NCBI GenBank assembly: GCA_951406725.2
Contig: OX597823.1
Coordinates: 39,494,001 to 39,558,000 of the forward strand
Reading direction: 5' to 3'
DNA: 64,000 nucleotides
Source: Octopus vulgaris
Taxonomy: Eukaryota
The position numbers were made by a program, and so were the translations under genes. Every line of letters starts with the position of its first letter. The first letter of the stretch is position 1. The notes below the pieces were generated by a model, which ran no database searches, had not been told where the DNA came from, and saw nothing but the letters and a program-made list of their open reading frames with translations. Below, piece by piece: positions 41,339-54,078 of the stretch.

Positions 41339-41808
41339 AGTGCAGGCTTGGCTGTGTTGTAAGTAGCTTGCTTACCAACTACATATATATGGTTAATCCC
41401 ATTACGGGCAATAGGTGGTTGATCTTTACAACATGTCAGTAAGTAAATAATTGTAATTAATTGATGGGCATTTTATTGGGATCAACTATTAATTAGTAGT
41501 ATTAACATGCTCTTAAGAACTAGTATGATTACTTCTAAACATTTTGGCACTATCACTCCCTCTTTTTCTAGACCTATTGACGTATCCTTTTATTATAAAG
41601 TATTTATTTTACTTTTTTATTTATACACCCTGTTACCCTTAAGGAAAGATTAACCCACCAATTAATATTTCTAGTTTAGTCATTTACTCAACGTTCTGAA
41701 GCGTTACACTGCAAAATTGTATAATTTAAATATATTATGCCTTCATTTTTCCTCTCGAGGCTCTTCCTCTTTTTTTTATTTTCTTTTCTTTACGTATTTT
41801 TCTTCACT

Positions 41809-41925
41809 CTGATGAAGCTCCATGTTCCAGATCGGATGTGTTACAAAATATGACGAATATTATTCTCTGAAGTTTCAATGGCAACACCGTAGGACACTGG
41901 AAGGCAGAAACGTCTGTTAGATGAG
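41809..41925 (+). ncRNA. Degenerate hammerhead-like motif with long loop 2 (Penelope-type)
   Basis: CTGATGA at 41809, ttccag/ctggaa pairing, ggcaGAAAcgtc at ~41903-41914. Confidence 0.4.
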
Positions 41926-42219
41926 ATAAAGTTTTGTATTAAAAATAGTAATCGATGTTAGTCAATTGTTGATAAAGATTTCTCCATTTTCTGCTTAATT
42001 TAAATTTAAATTCCTGATAAACTCATGTTTATCTTTGTCGTTGCCTGTATCCTATGAGCATAATATGCTTGCATATGTATGCCCAGGGTTAACATAGGTA
42101 ATTATACCGGTAGTAAAACGGATATCTTTATCCCTTAGACGGCTATTCCAACGTCTAATTCTACCAACCGTATATACATACATACATACATACATACATA
42201 CATACATACATACATACAT

Positions 42220-42319
<100 letters not shown>

Positions 42320-42860
42320 AAGGATACCTTACACTATAACTGCGTTAGTTATATTTGCAGGAGAGACAGGAATTGTTCTGAATAGCATTTCAACCTGTAA
42401 TATAAATCTGGAACTAAATTTACAATTATTTGTTTTCTTATTCTCCTCCTCTCTTTTACACAGAACATGAACTATGCTCCGTAATTACTTCCTTGTATAT
42501 CTTTCCCTATTCTTCTTTCTCCTTCTCCAATGTAATGCAGTATTAATACGCTATAGGTTCTTGATTACCTCGCTCTGATGAGATCTAGCTAGATCAAAAT
42601 AGTAGCTATATAAGATTGTTGATAATTCTATGATGTAAAAAAATAAAACGAAGAATGGAAATTTACCTAAATAAACGCAAAAAGATAATATACATTTGTT
42701 TTTCATTTCACAAACAGAAAAATAATTGAATAAAATATGGTTTCCCGACAAGATGACTTTCTCTTTTACCATGCAGAACTGCCAATTAACTACACTGCGA
42801 CATTGTGTGTGTGTGTGTGTATGGATGGGTGGATATGCGCGGGTGTGCATGTGTAGTGAG

Positions 42861-42965
<105 letters not shown>

Positions 42966-43309
42966 CGATGGAATCGTGCAGAGATTTAGTGACATAATGT
43001 TCCTCGCTGCAAGTAATATGGTAAAAGACAACAGCGACGACGTCGACGATGACGACGACGATGATGATGACGATGACGACGACGACGACGATGATAATTT
43101 CATAGTCGCTCACTTTCACCCAGATGACTTTCATCCTAACCTTTACTTTTGGGCCAGGATGTTATGACTCTACCGATTCTATTTGAATTCATACGCGTGT
43201 TGGCGTGCGTATATATTGCGTATATTGTGTATGTATAGATGACTAATATAGATAGATAGACATATGCACACACACTCATATATATATATATATATATATA
43301 TATTTCTTT

Positions 43310-43697
43310 TTTTTCTTTTTTCTTTTACTTGTTTCAGTCATTTGACTGTGGCCATGCTGGAGCACCGCCTTTAGTCGAGCAAATCAACCCCGGGACTTAT
43401 TCTTTGTAAGCCCAGTACTTATTCTATCGGTCTCTTTTTGCCGAACCGCTAAGTGACGGATGACGTAAACACACCAGCATCGGTTGTCAAGCAATGCTAG
43501 GGGGACAAACACAGACACACAAATACACACACATACATATATACATACATATATACGACAGGCTTCTTTCAGTTTCCGTCTACCAAATCCACTCACAAGG
43601 CATTGGTCGGCCCGGAGCTATAGCAGAAGACACTTGCCCAAGATGCTACGCAGTGGGACTGAACCCGGAACCATGTGGTTGGTTAGCAAGCTACTTA
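43310..43697 (-). mobile_element. SINE family A, 3' part (interrupted by the Tx1 element)
   Basis: Near-consensus body; continues at 49140-49172. Confidence 0.92.
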
Positions 43698-43923
43698 TTT
43701 CATATAATTTGCCATTTAGGCATTTACAAAGAGGGGACAAACAAGGACAGACAAATATAAAGGGTGAAGTAGCTTAACACAGTTACAATTTTCGAATGAA
43801 ATTACGGATAAGATTATAAACAATGAATTTTACGAAGGCAATATTTAAAAATATTAATGATCATGTCGAAGGACGGACACCCAGCCATCCGGGTAGAACC
43901 TTTACTTTCTGATCCGGTCACAC

Positions 43924-46900
43924 TTACCTGGTGCCAAACATACCCATCTTGTATGCCACAGGCTTCCATCTTTTCACAAACATATCTCGTGACAGACACC
44001 TCTTCTCCAGCCTGATTTTGCTACTGAGGTGGTAACTAAAAAAGTTAATCAACCCCTGGCCGGAGACAAAGGTGCCTGTCACTATACCTTTCGTACGCGT
44101 CTTCCATACTGTTTCTTTCAGTATGGCTACTACACAGAAAAAACAAGCCTTTCTTTCCCTGTTAAGGAAAGGGGGCGGCACAATCTCGATGATAGACTCA
44201 GCTGATAGCTGTACTCTTCCCATCACTGACAACAGTTGTTCAACAAAAGCTATCAGTCCCGATAACTCCGGACACTCCACGAATGCGTGCAAGACGGTCT
44301 CCCTATCCTGCTCACATCGCGGGCATGTCGGCGAGACGGCACTACCGTGCCTTGACAGCTTGTCGCGAACAGGTAAAGCCGCACGGAAACACTGCCAGGC
44401 CAGGGATTTCTGGTAATTATCCAGATACCCCGGCCCGAACGTCCTCCGGAACAGGTTGACCAACTGATTTTCATCGTAGCCCAGGGTCTCCCCCAAGGCG
44501 TCTTCGGACTTAATCTCCACTAACCCGCTATAGAAATCCGTGGTGGAACTCCTGTTGCCGGCGTTGCCCACCCGAGATAGTAGCTGGAGCGCCTGACGGC
44601 ACTCCAAATGCCATTCACTCAGTTTAGGTCTCCGCTTGATCCATGCACCGATGTCCGTTAGGGATGTTAACTGGGGAAGGTAGAACCGGACGTGCGGTGA
44701 CCACACCTGCTCTCCATCCAGGTAAAGCCAGAGGTGCCTCAACCTTAACGCGAGTTTTCGCATCCTCAGCCAAGACATCCCTAGCCCACCCTTTAGCGGT
44801 TTCTGGCAGCAGACAGAGCGCTTTACAAGTGGCTTTCCTCCTTTCCACAAAAATCGGAAAAGGATTCTCTCCAACTTGTTCAGCCACAAATCGGGGCAAG
44901 GCACCACGGTCAGACGGTAGGTGATTACTGATGCTATAAACATCTGCACCACCTCCGCCTTCCCTAGCAGGGATAACGCCCGCCCAGACCAGGTCTGGGT
45001 TAGAGCGGTCACCTTGTTGGCCACCTCACTCCAATTTTTCTCAATCTGGAGGTCTGGCCCGAACCAGACTCCGAGCAGCTTAACAGGACCTTCCGTCCAA
45101 CGCCCTACGACGTTATTGGACGGCATCGGCTTGCCCCTCCAGGTGCCGAGTTGCAAACCGACCGACTTGTCCTTGTTAACCTTTGCTCCTGCCACCGCCT
45201 CGTAGCTTTTGATGGCCTCTTCCACCACTGGAAGCTGGCCTTCGTCTGCCACGATGATGGAGGTGTCATCCGCATACGCCGTAGCTCCTCTTCCACACCA
45301 TAGATCATGCGGCGCGCCCCCTAGTGCCTCCAACTTCCGCAGCAAAGGCTCAAGAGCCAATACGTATAGGAGCGAGGACAGGGGAAACCCTTGACGAACT
45401 GAACGCTCGATCCTGAACGGCTTCGAAAAGGAACCGTTCACCTTGACTACAGACTCGATGTCGCTATACAAAGCAGCGATCCAACCTCGAAAGGTCGGGC
45501 CTAGGCCAGCCTCTCCGAGGACCGCCGCCAGGTACCGATGGTCGACCCTATCAAATGCTTTGGACTGGTCTAAATGTACCAGTGCTCCCCCTGCGCCAGA
45601 AAGCTTCCCCACCCTCTCTAAGGAGTAGCGTATAAGGTGGAGATTGTCGTGGATCGTTCTGCCGGGGATAGCGCACGTTTGCGCTTCTCCGACAAGTTTG
45701 TCCACGACCCGCGCCAACCTTTTTGCTAGCACCTTGGCCAGAATCTTTAACTCTGTGTTTAACAGAGTTATGGGCCTGAAGTTCCCTATCTCGTCCCCCT
45801 TGTTCGGGTCCTTCCTGATCAACGTCACCGCCCCCCGGCTCGCAGACTTGGGAATTCTCCCATTCTGCTGCCAGTTGGCGTGGACGCTAGCCAGCAGGTG
45901 CCCGAACAAGTCTGGCATACTTCTATAAAATTCATAGGGCAGACCATCGAGACCCGGCGACTTCTCCCCGGGGCACTTGCCCAACACCTCGATTACTTCC
46001 TCGGCTGTGATTGGCCCTTCACAGCACTCAGCCTCTCGTGTCGAGAGGCGCGGGCCACCAGACAGGAAGTCCCTAAGTGCCTCACCATGATCCAGCGTCC
46101 CGCACCTCCCGAACAACTCGGCGAAGTGCTTGTGAAGTGCCTCACACATCTCGTCCCGCTTCTTGATCGTGCATCCGTTTTCATCAACAAGAGACCCAAT
46201 TGTGGCATCGTTTCCACGCTGTGTTTCTATCGTCCGGGCCCATCCAGCAACATTAATTCCCTCACGGCCCAATGCTCGTACTTTAGCCCGGACTCTACAT
46301 CCCTCATGTTTGGTTTTGAGGTGACGGTCTAATGCCGTTCTCGCCGCTAAAATGTGAGATGCAGAGCCCAACCTCAACGCCTCCTCTAAGTTCTTAACTA
46401 GTTGCCCTTCTATTCTAGCCCTATCTAGTCTTAGTTGTTTACTAAATCTAATGGACTCGAATCGAATGGCTCTTTTGAGGGTGAACCACCACCGGTTATT
46501 AACCACGGCTCCGGTTAACGCCCTCTGCACTAACACCTTAATCCGGCTACGGTATGCCTCGCGTGTCAAAATAGACTTGTTCAGCTTCCAGCAGCCGGTT
46601 CCTATCTTAAGTGTGCTATCTATGTCCAGTCTACACGTGACCATTCTATGGTCAGTATAGGGCACCTGGACGAGCTGTGGACAACTAAAACTAGACTTAT
46701 CTCTAGTTCTTATCACTATCCTGTCTAGATAAGACTTGAACCTTCCGTCGCCACTCATCCAGGTCCACTCTGGGACGTTCGGATGGTCAAGTCTGTAACG
46801 ATCTGCCAGCTGAAACCGCTTAAGCAGATCCACGAGACGTGAGTTCACTTTCCTATAGATCGAGCCAACGCTATCGATGTGTACGTCAACGATAGCATTA

Positions 46901-47325
46901 AAGTCCCCTAATATCACTAAAGTCATTGACGTCACGAGAAAGCCCTCTAGGCGCCGATAAAAATCAGTTTGGAAACCTCTAGCACAAGGTGCATAGAGTC
47001 CGATCAACTTGAAGGCCTTACTGCTGTATGTCACATCAAGGACGACCAGCCCACCTTCTGGGTCTACATAGACTGTACTTGTCTGTAGAGCCAAGTCTTT
47101 ACGGATCAGTACCACTACGCCCCCTCGCCCTCCGGTCTGGCCAGGAGACATGATTTTCTCGTCGTCATTCAGGAGAGGCGAGAAGGTTTGTAGGCTGTCC
47201 AGCTTGGTCTCTGTAGCAACCATCACATGTATATCATGTGATCTGAGGTCGTCGAGGAAACAAGCCTGCTTCCACTTCGAACTCAGACCACGCACATTTA
47301 AACAACCAAGGTTAAGCGAAGCCAT
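43924..47325 (-). CDS. ORF2: APE endonuclease, reverse transcriptase and C-terminal CCHC zinc finger (1133 aa)
   Basis: APE motifs LNVRG, ETKL, LGDFN, SYLDRI, TDH; RT motifs KSPGLDG, NFRPITLLN, LDQSKAFDRV, RQGFPLS, YADD; CPRC...H...C. Confidence 0.95.
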   Translation of the reverse strand: MASLNLGCLNVRGLSSKWKQACFLDDLRSHDIHVMVATETKLDSLQTFSPLLNDDEKIMSPGQTGGRGGVVVLIRKDLALQTSTVYVDPEGGLVVLDVTYSSKAFKLIGLYAPCARGFQTDFYRRLEGFLVTSMTLVILGDFNAIVDVHIDSVGSIYRKVNSRLVDLLKRFQLADRYRLDHPNVPEWTWMSGDGRFKSYLDRIVIRTRDKSSFSCPQLVQVPYTDHRMVTCRLDIDSTLKIGTGCWKLNKSILTREAYRSRIKVLVQRALTGAVVNNRWWFTLKRAIRFESIRFSKQLRLDRARIEGQLVKNLEEALRLGSASHILAARTALDRHLKTKHEGCRVRAKVRALGREGINVAGWARTIETQRGNDATIGSLVDENGCTIKKRDEMCEALHKHFAELFGRCGTLDHGEALRDFLSGGPRLSTREAECCEGPITAEEVIEVLGKCPGEKSPGLDGLPYEFYRSMPDLFGHLLASVHANWQQNGRIPKSASRGAVTLIRKDPNKGDEIGNFRPITLLNTELKILAKVLAKRLARVVDKLVGEAQTCAIPGRTIHDNLHLIRYSLERVGKLSGAGGALVHLDQSKAFDRVDHRYLAAVLGEAGLGPTFRGWIAALYSDIESVVKVNGSFSKPFRIERSVRQGFPLSSLLYVLALEPLLRKLEALGGAPHDLWCGRGATAYADDTSIIVADEGQLPVVEEAIKSYEAVAGAKVNKDKSVGLQLGTWRGKPMPSNNVVGRWTEGPVKLLGVWFGPDLQIEKNWSEVANKVTALTQTWSGRALSLLGKAEVVQMFIASVITYRLTVVPCPDLWLNKLERILFRFLWKGGKPLVKRSVCCQKPLKGGLGMSWLRMRKLALRLRHLWLYLDGEQVWSPHVRFYLPQLTSLTDIGAWIKRRPKLSEWHLECRQALQLLSRVGNAGNRSSTTDFYSGLVEIKSEDALGETLGYDENQLVNLFRRTFGPGYLDNYQKSLAWQCFRAALPVRDKLSRHGSAVSPTCPRCEQDRETVLHAFVECPELSGLIAFVEQLLSVMGRVQLSAESIIEIVPPPFLNRERKACFFCVVAILKETVWKTRTKGIVTGTFVSGQGLINFFSYHLSSKIRLEKRCLSRDMFVKRWKPVAYKMGMFGTR

Positions 47326-48743
47326 TACAAAAAGTAAAAGTTCTGCTTACATTTCGTTGGAGAGGTGGGGGCCGACCTCACCACACGTTTGTGGGCCCCT
47401 TCTTTCTCCCCTTTCTTCAGATAGTCCGGCAAGTTCGCGATATGCCGGATGGCGTTTGGGTGTCTGTCTTTTAATTGTTTGAACGTTGTTTCCGCAATCC
47501 ACGCGTGTCTATTTCGATCTTTGTATTTGTTGTACAGTCTTGCTGACTGATGCTGAACCACAATATCGTTTATGTATTTGTCTTGTGTGTCGAATTCAAT
47601 TAATATGAGTTCATTTTCTTTTTTGTCTTCTTTTTCTGGGCCAGTTGAGCGGGATTTTTTTTTCCGTGTCTGTGGTGTGTCTTTGTTTTTATTATTTTTT
47701 GTAGGGGATGTGGACGGGGATGCTGCACGAATTCTTTTACGAACTGGTGTAAATCCCCCTCTGATACCTCCATGGTATCGTCTGGGGTAGCAATAGTTTG
47801 TTCGGTAGGCGCCGCAGTTTTTAGGGGGTGGGAGGTTTTAATAGTGTAGGGGTTTGTGAGTGCGAGGGCTGGGTTTTTTCTTCAGTCTGTTTTGGGGTTG
47901 GCACCGTAACAGCAGGAGTGGGGTTTTTTGTTTTTGTAGGGGTAGGTGTGTTTGCAAGGGTAGGGACTTTTTTATTATCTGAGGGGCCTGGTGTCTGCGG
48001 TTTCTTTTGCTTGTCTGGACAGTCTACACGAATGTGGCCCTTTTTGCCGCAGGCGTAACAGGTGGGTTTTCGGCCTTCGACCTGTACCCTGAGGGCTACG
48101 TTCTCGCCCACGAGCACCCTCTCAGGAAGGAGCTGCAGGTCCTCCGCTGTTCCTTGAATTAATATATTAATGTTACGCCCGAGTCAAAATAGAGGGGTAG
48201 AGCATGTTACTTGAAGTATTTTTATTTTGTCCGCCCTTTTATATAACAGGGCGGCCACTACTTCTACCGGATCTACTTCCGGCAGGGCTTCTACAATCCT
48301 GACCCGGGACGTCCTGCGTCCCCTATAGCTTGGGAAAAGTACCACCTCCTTGGTTTTTAGGGGGTTCACAGAATGCCCGCGGGCCATTTCTTCCCCGAGA
48401 AGCGGACATCCACAGTGCCATATGCCCGTCCCCTGGCGACGTACACGATGTCCTTCCAAATCGGGGACAGGCATTTCTCGATGGTGCTTTTTTCAAAGTG
48501 TTTGAACCTTCTGCTTTGTGGACAGAAAGTTTTAAACACTACGGTCCGCTTCTCGGTCTCCACGATACTGGCGGAGGGTGATATTTTAACATCACCACCC
48601 TCCTCTTGCATTCTTTTAAATAGCTTGACGAGCTGATTGACATCGATGTCAATGTTCTCGGTAGCCACTGCGGCTACCGCAGAAAATTTTTTAACATTGC
48701 TCTCCTCAAGAGCACTACTTTCGTGAATAATTTCAACAGGCAT
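47325..48743 (-). pseudogene. Disrupted ORF1 (gag-like, zinc knuckle)
   Basis: ATG at 48743; frameshift near 48390; in-frame TGA at 48184; knuckle CYACGKKGHIRVDC; further disruption near 47820; final TAA overlaps the ORF2 ATG. Confidence 0.85.
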
Positions 48744-49139
48744 TATTCTGTTGAAATTAGACAACACAAAAATTACGAATATTGGTTTCCCACAAAACTG
48801 GGAAACCTATAGAAAGTTTTTCTTCCAAAGTAGTTCAAAAAAGCAGTTCAAAAATTCCAATTCCCACCCCCATTCGGGGGAGGGGCACGAAAATAGTCTG
48901 GCAGGACTATATATAGTCACGTAAATAAAAAGCCACAATGGCTAACAGTTCAACGGTAAGAAATTATTCAATTATTTCCCGGTAAAACCGGAGAACAAGA
49001 CAGTTCAGCAACGTTTAAAGGCAAATTTTCAGTAGTAGGAATTCAACAATTAACAACACAGCAAAACTCTTACCGGGAAGAAAACGCGTCCAAACCGTAG
49101 TACGGTAAGCAAAGTCACTCTTCTGTCAGTGAGGTTAGA

Positions 49140-49172
49140 CAAGCTACTTACCACACAGCCACTCCTGCGCCT
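49140..49172 (-). mobile_element. SINE family A, 5' tRNA-like head
   Basis: caagctacttaccacacagccactcctgcgcct completes the SINE interrupted at 43697. Confidence 0.92.
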
Positions 49173-49369
49173 ATATATATATATATGCAATTTTGTTGTT
49201 GAAAATGCACCTAAATTTGAAAAACTTGTAATTGTCTAAATTAAATTTATTTACATATATACCAAACGAGTTTCAACAATATTTTTTGTTTATCAATTTA
49301 GATTTATGAATCAGAAAAAAGAACTTTAAAAGTTTTAATGCTCGTCACTTATATATATAAGACAATATA

Positions 49370-50584
49370 CGAGGAGTGTTCATTAAAGATTTCTCTTGAA
49401 CCACTTCCGGTTATTGCAAGAAAAGGAACTTGTACATGTCACATTGTAAATTGCAGTTTTACACTAGTATTCGTTTGTCTTTTACAGTTGCTGAAGGTAC
49501 TATAATGGAAGCAGTTAAATGCAGATCAGTGATCAGGTTCTTATACTCGTACACCAAAAGATACTTTGAATGAAATAAAAGAAGTTTACGGTGACGATGC
49601 AAGTAGTCAAATGTGGTCGGAAATCGGCGGGTACTGCTTCTATTCCTGGACGACCACATTCCGCCAATGGTGACCACACCATCCATAAAGTGGAAGCTGC
49701 CATTTTCGAGGATCGCCGCATAGCTATTCAGCAACCAGCTCAAGGAGGGAAAATAAGTGTGGGGTCCGTGAAAAAAATCATTCACAACCATTTGCACATG
49801 CGGAAGTTGTCCATGTGATGGATTCCCCAGATACCCACACTTTTCAGAAGCAGAAACGAGTCAATTGCTCCCAGGCTCATTTGGCAATGTGCCAAGAAAA
49901 CAAGGAGGACATTTTCGGCAGACTTATCACACGGGATGAAGCATGGATCCATCACTATGATCCTGAGACTAAAGTCCAGTCGAAGCAATGGAAGCATGAT
50001 AACTCACCACCTCCAAAGAAGGCTCGTGTCCAATCCTCAGCAGACAAGGTGATGCTTACAGTTTTGGGGGACCAGCGCGGAGTAGTGATAATGGATTTTC
50101 TGGCAAAGGGCACCACAATTAACGGGGTATATTATGATTCTCTGCTGTAGAAATTGCGGGGCGCCATCAAAGTAGAGAGGTGTGGAATGCTGACCAAATG
50201 AAGTCCGCCTCCTCCAAGACAACGCTCTTGTTCACAGTGTGCATGTTGCCAAGATAAAAGCACACAACTGCGGTTTTGAATTTCTTCCCCCTTACTCTCC
50301 CGATCACGCACCATTTGACTTACACCTTTTTCCAATCATGAAGTGTTTTTTGAAAGGAAGCCCTTTTCGGATGACGATGAACTTATTTCCGAGATGAAGT
50401 CTTGGCTCCAGACGCAATCTACCGACTCCTGCAGACGATATTTTCACAGTTGCATAAAGCGATGGGAGGAGTGTGTCACCATTGGTGGTATAATGTAGAG
50501 AAGGGGACTAATGATTCTGCCAAGTTTCGTCTATCCCAACCCTTGGGACATGGCTCAGGGGAAATGTTTAATGAACACCCCTCG
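49370..50584 (+). mobile_element. Full-length mariner fossil with transposase pseudogene
   Basis: TIRs cgaggagtgttcattaaagattt / aaatgtttaatgaacacccctcg with TA flanks; motifs WIP, ITRDEAWIHHYDPETK, QDNA, PYSPDHAPFD; stops and frameshifts. Confidence 0.93.
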
Positions 50585-50756
50585 TAAAATTGTGATGAAC
50601 CATAAACTCGGAAGCTGCAATAAGAATACTTGGAGTTCTTAACTAATCTGTACAATATTGTTAGTCTGGTGTGCCAACGGAGAACTTATGAAGTATTTTG
50701 CCCGTATTGATAATCTCTCACTATTAGCTCTGTTTTATCTATGTATATGTATATAC

Positions 50757-50794
<38 letters not shown>

Positions 50795-50881
50795 GTGTGT
50801 GTGTGTATGAGTGTGTGTGCGTGTGTATAAACATATATACACATATATAACATATATAATACACGCACATATATGCAGCTA

Positions 50882-50932
<51 letters not shown>

Positions 50933-51241
50933 AAAAGTATATACGGATGTATACAAAAGTATAAAGATATATATATGTCTGTAATATATATATACATGTA
51001 TATATGTGTCTATATAAATGCATGTCTGTGTCTCTCTTTCTATATGTATATTGTATGTGCGTGTGTGTATGCGTGTGTGTGCGTGCGTGTGTCTGCGCGC
51101 ATATTTACATCTATATAAAACCCAACCAACATGGATATTTTGTTTGAAGTGAATCTTATAGTGCATCCATTTAAGCCTTTCTTGTCATCGTGGGAGGGCT
51201 TCATCGCTGGTGTTAATTCTTTATTATTATAATTATTATTA

Positions 51242-51290
<49 letters not shown>

Positions 51291-51588
51291 GTTTACTATT
51301 ACTGTTTTACAACGCCTATCCCTTTTTTTCCACTTCCCTTCACTATCCGTAAATATATGTGAGTGTCTGTTTAGATGTGTTTATTATCAAAATATATAAC
51401 TATTAATAGATCTTCGTATTAATTGCGCTCTCTGAAACCTGAAGACAATCATCTAGAATATCTTTTTTCTAAGACCTTCGATAGATCTGACGTGCTGCGT
51501 GAGAGGTTTAATTTCAAAATCAACAATAACAACAACAACGTTAATAATAATAATAATAATAATAATGCTGATGATGATGATGATGATG

Positions 51589-51655
<67 letters not shown>

Positions 51656-51660
51656 CAACA

Positions 51661-51689
<29 letters not shown>

Positions 51690-51691
<2 letters not shown>

Positions 51692-51899
51692 CAAAGTTTG
51701 ACACAAAGCCAGAAATTTCGAGGAAGGGGTTAAGTAGATTACATCGACCCCCAGTGCACAGCTGGTACTTGATTTATCGGCCCCAAAAGGAAAAAAGACA
51801 AAGTCGACCTCGCCAGAATTTGAACTCAGAACATAAAGACGGTCGAAATGCCGCTAAACATTTTACCCAGATTGCTTACGTTTCTGCCAACTCGCCACC

Positions 51900-51902
<3 letters not shown>
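51690..51902 (-). mobile_element. SINE family B
   Basis: aagtcgacctcgccagaatttgaactcagaac; tttctgccaactcgccacctt. Confidence 0.85.
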
Positions 51903-51938
<36 letters not shown>

Positions 51939-51956
51939 TTAATAATAATAATAGTA

Positions 51957-52612
<656 letters not shown>

Positions 52613-52632
52613 AAATAATAATAATAATAATG

Positions 52633-52703
<71 letters not shown>

Positions 52704-52789
52704 AATAATATATAGAATAAGAGATAGAGATTATGATGTGATGTTGGAAGAATTGAAACAAAGTGTAGTAGCAATCAAAGCAAAACTGG

Positions 52790-53220
52790 AAAATAGTTAT
52801 GCGGTGATCCTACAAAATGGCAGCTTCCACTGTATAGATGGTGTCGTCATCACTGGCGGAATGTAGTGGGCCAGGAATAGGAACAGTTTCCACCAATGAC
52901 CGACCACATTTGAACTGGCGATGTCAGTGTTTGACTACGTCGTATGATGGTGCATCGTCACCATAGACTTCTTTCATCTCATTCTAAGCCTCTTTTGGTG
53001 TACGACATTTCAAGTATAAGAACCTGATCACCGATCTGCATTCAACTGCCTCCATTATAACACTTTAGTCTACTTCAGCAGCTGTAACAAGACAAATTCT
53101 AGTGAAAAGCTACAATTTACGAAGTGACATGGATAGACATGCATGATTACACCTGTACAAGTTCCGTTTCCTGCACTAATCAGAAGTGTGTCAGAGAAAA
53201 TCTTTAATGAAAACTCCACG
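52790..53220 (-). mobile_element. Truncated mariner, same family as 49370
   Basis: TIR aaatctttaatgaaaactccacg then TA; homologous to ~49370-49730. Confidence 0.85.
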
Positions 53221-53240
53221 TATATTGTCTCACTCACACA

Positions 53241-53331
<91 letters not shown>

Positions 53332-53347
53332 TCATAGATGTATGTAT

Positions 53348-53995
53348 CTATAAATATATTAAACGGAGAATGTGTGTGAATCTGTCTGCTTGTCTGTCTG
53401 TGTGTGTATATATGTGCATCACTTAAACTGAAAAACTACCCAACCGATTTCATTCAAATTTCACGCATGACTTGCTTAGAGGTCATGCAGCGTAATGGGT
53501 CAAAAATATTTTCAACTTCTTGCCTAATCCAAGCCCGGAGCAATCTTTTATCTCTTACTCTATTTCAGAATTACGTGTCAAAAGTGAAACGATAACAAGT
53601 CTATTGTAATATGAGATACATTCAGGTTAATAGTTTCACTATTAATACTGAAACTATTAAAGTAAAACTATTATCTCACATATATACATGCATACATATA
53701 TGTGAGATAATAGTTTCACTTTAAAAGTTTCAGTATTAATAGCGAAACTATTAAACTGAAAGTATCTCGCATTACAATAGAGATGTTATAATTTCACTTT
53801 TGACACATAATACTGAAGTAGTGTAAGGGATAAGAGATTGCATGATTATATGTGTATATATCTACATATGTATGTATTTATATAAGTATATATATATATA
53901 TATATATATACTTATATAAATACATACATATGTGTTATACACATATGTATGTATTTATCTATAAGATAATAGTTTTACTTTAATAGTTTCAGTAA
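53348..53995 (+). mobile_element. Helitron-like 5' region with internal ~150-bp-arm inverted repeat
   Basis: Start resembles the 1760 element (aaacgg...tgtctgtctg...caaccgatttcattcaaa); IR 53541-53840. Confidence 0.55.
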
Positions 53996-53997
53996 TA

Positions 53998-54076
<79 letters not shown>

Positions 54077-54078
<2 letters not shown>

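Larger units (their letters stand above)
43698..49139 (-). mobile_element. Full-length L1/Tx1-clade non-LTR retrotransposon
   Basis: 5' UTR, ORF1, ORF2, ~225-bp 3' UTR; TSD caagctactta at 43687-43697 and 49140-49150. Confidence 0.93.

Noticed and set aside
44072-47482. Plus-strand and alternate-frame ORFs overlapping the LINE
   Set aside because: Shadow ORFs of the GC-richer ORF2.
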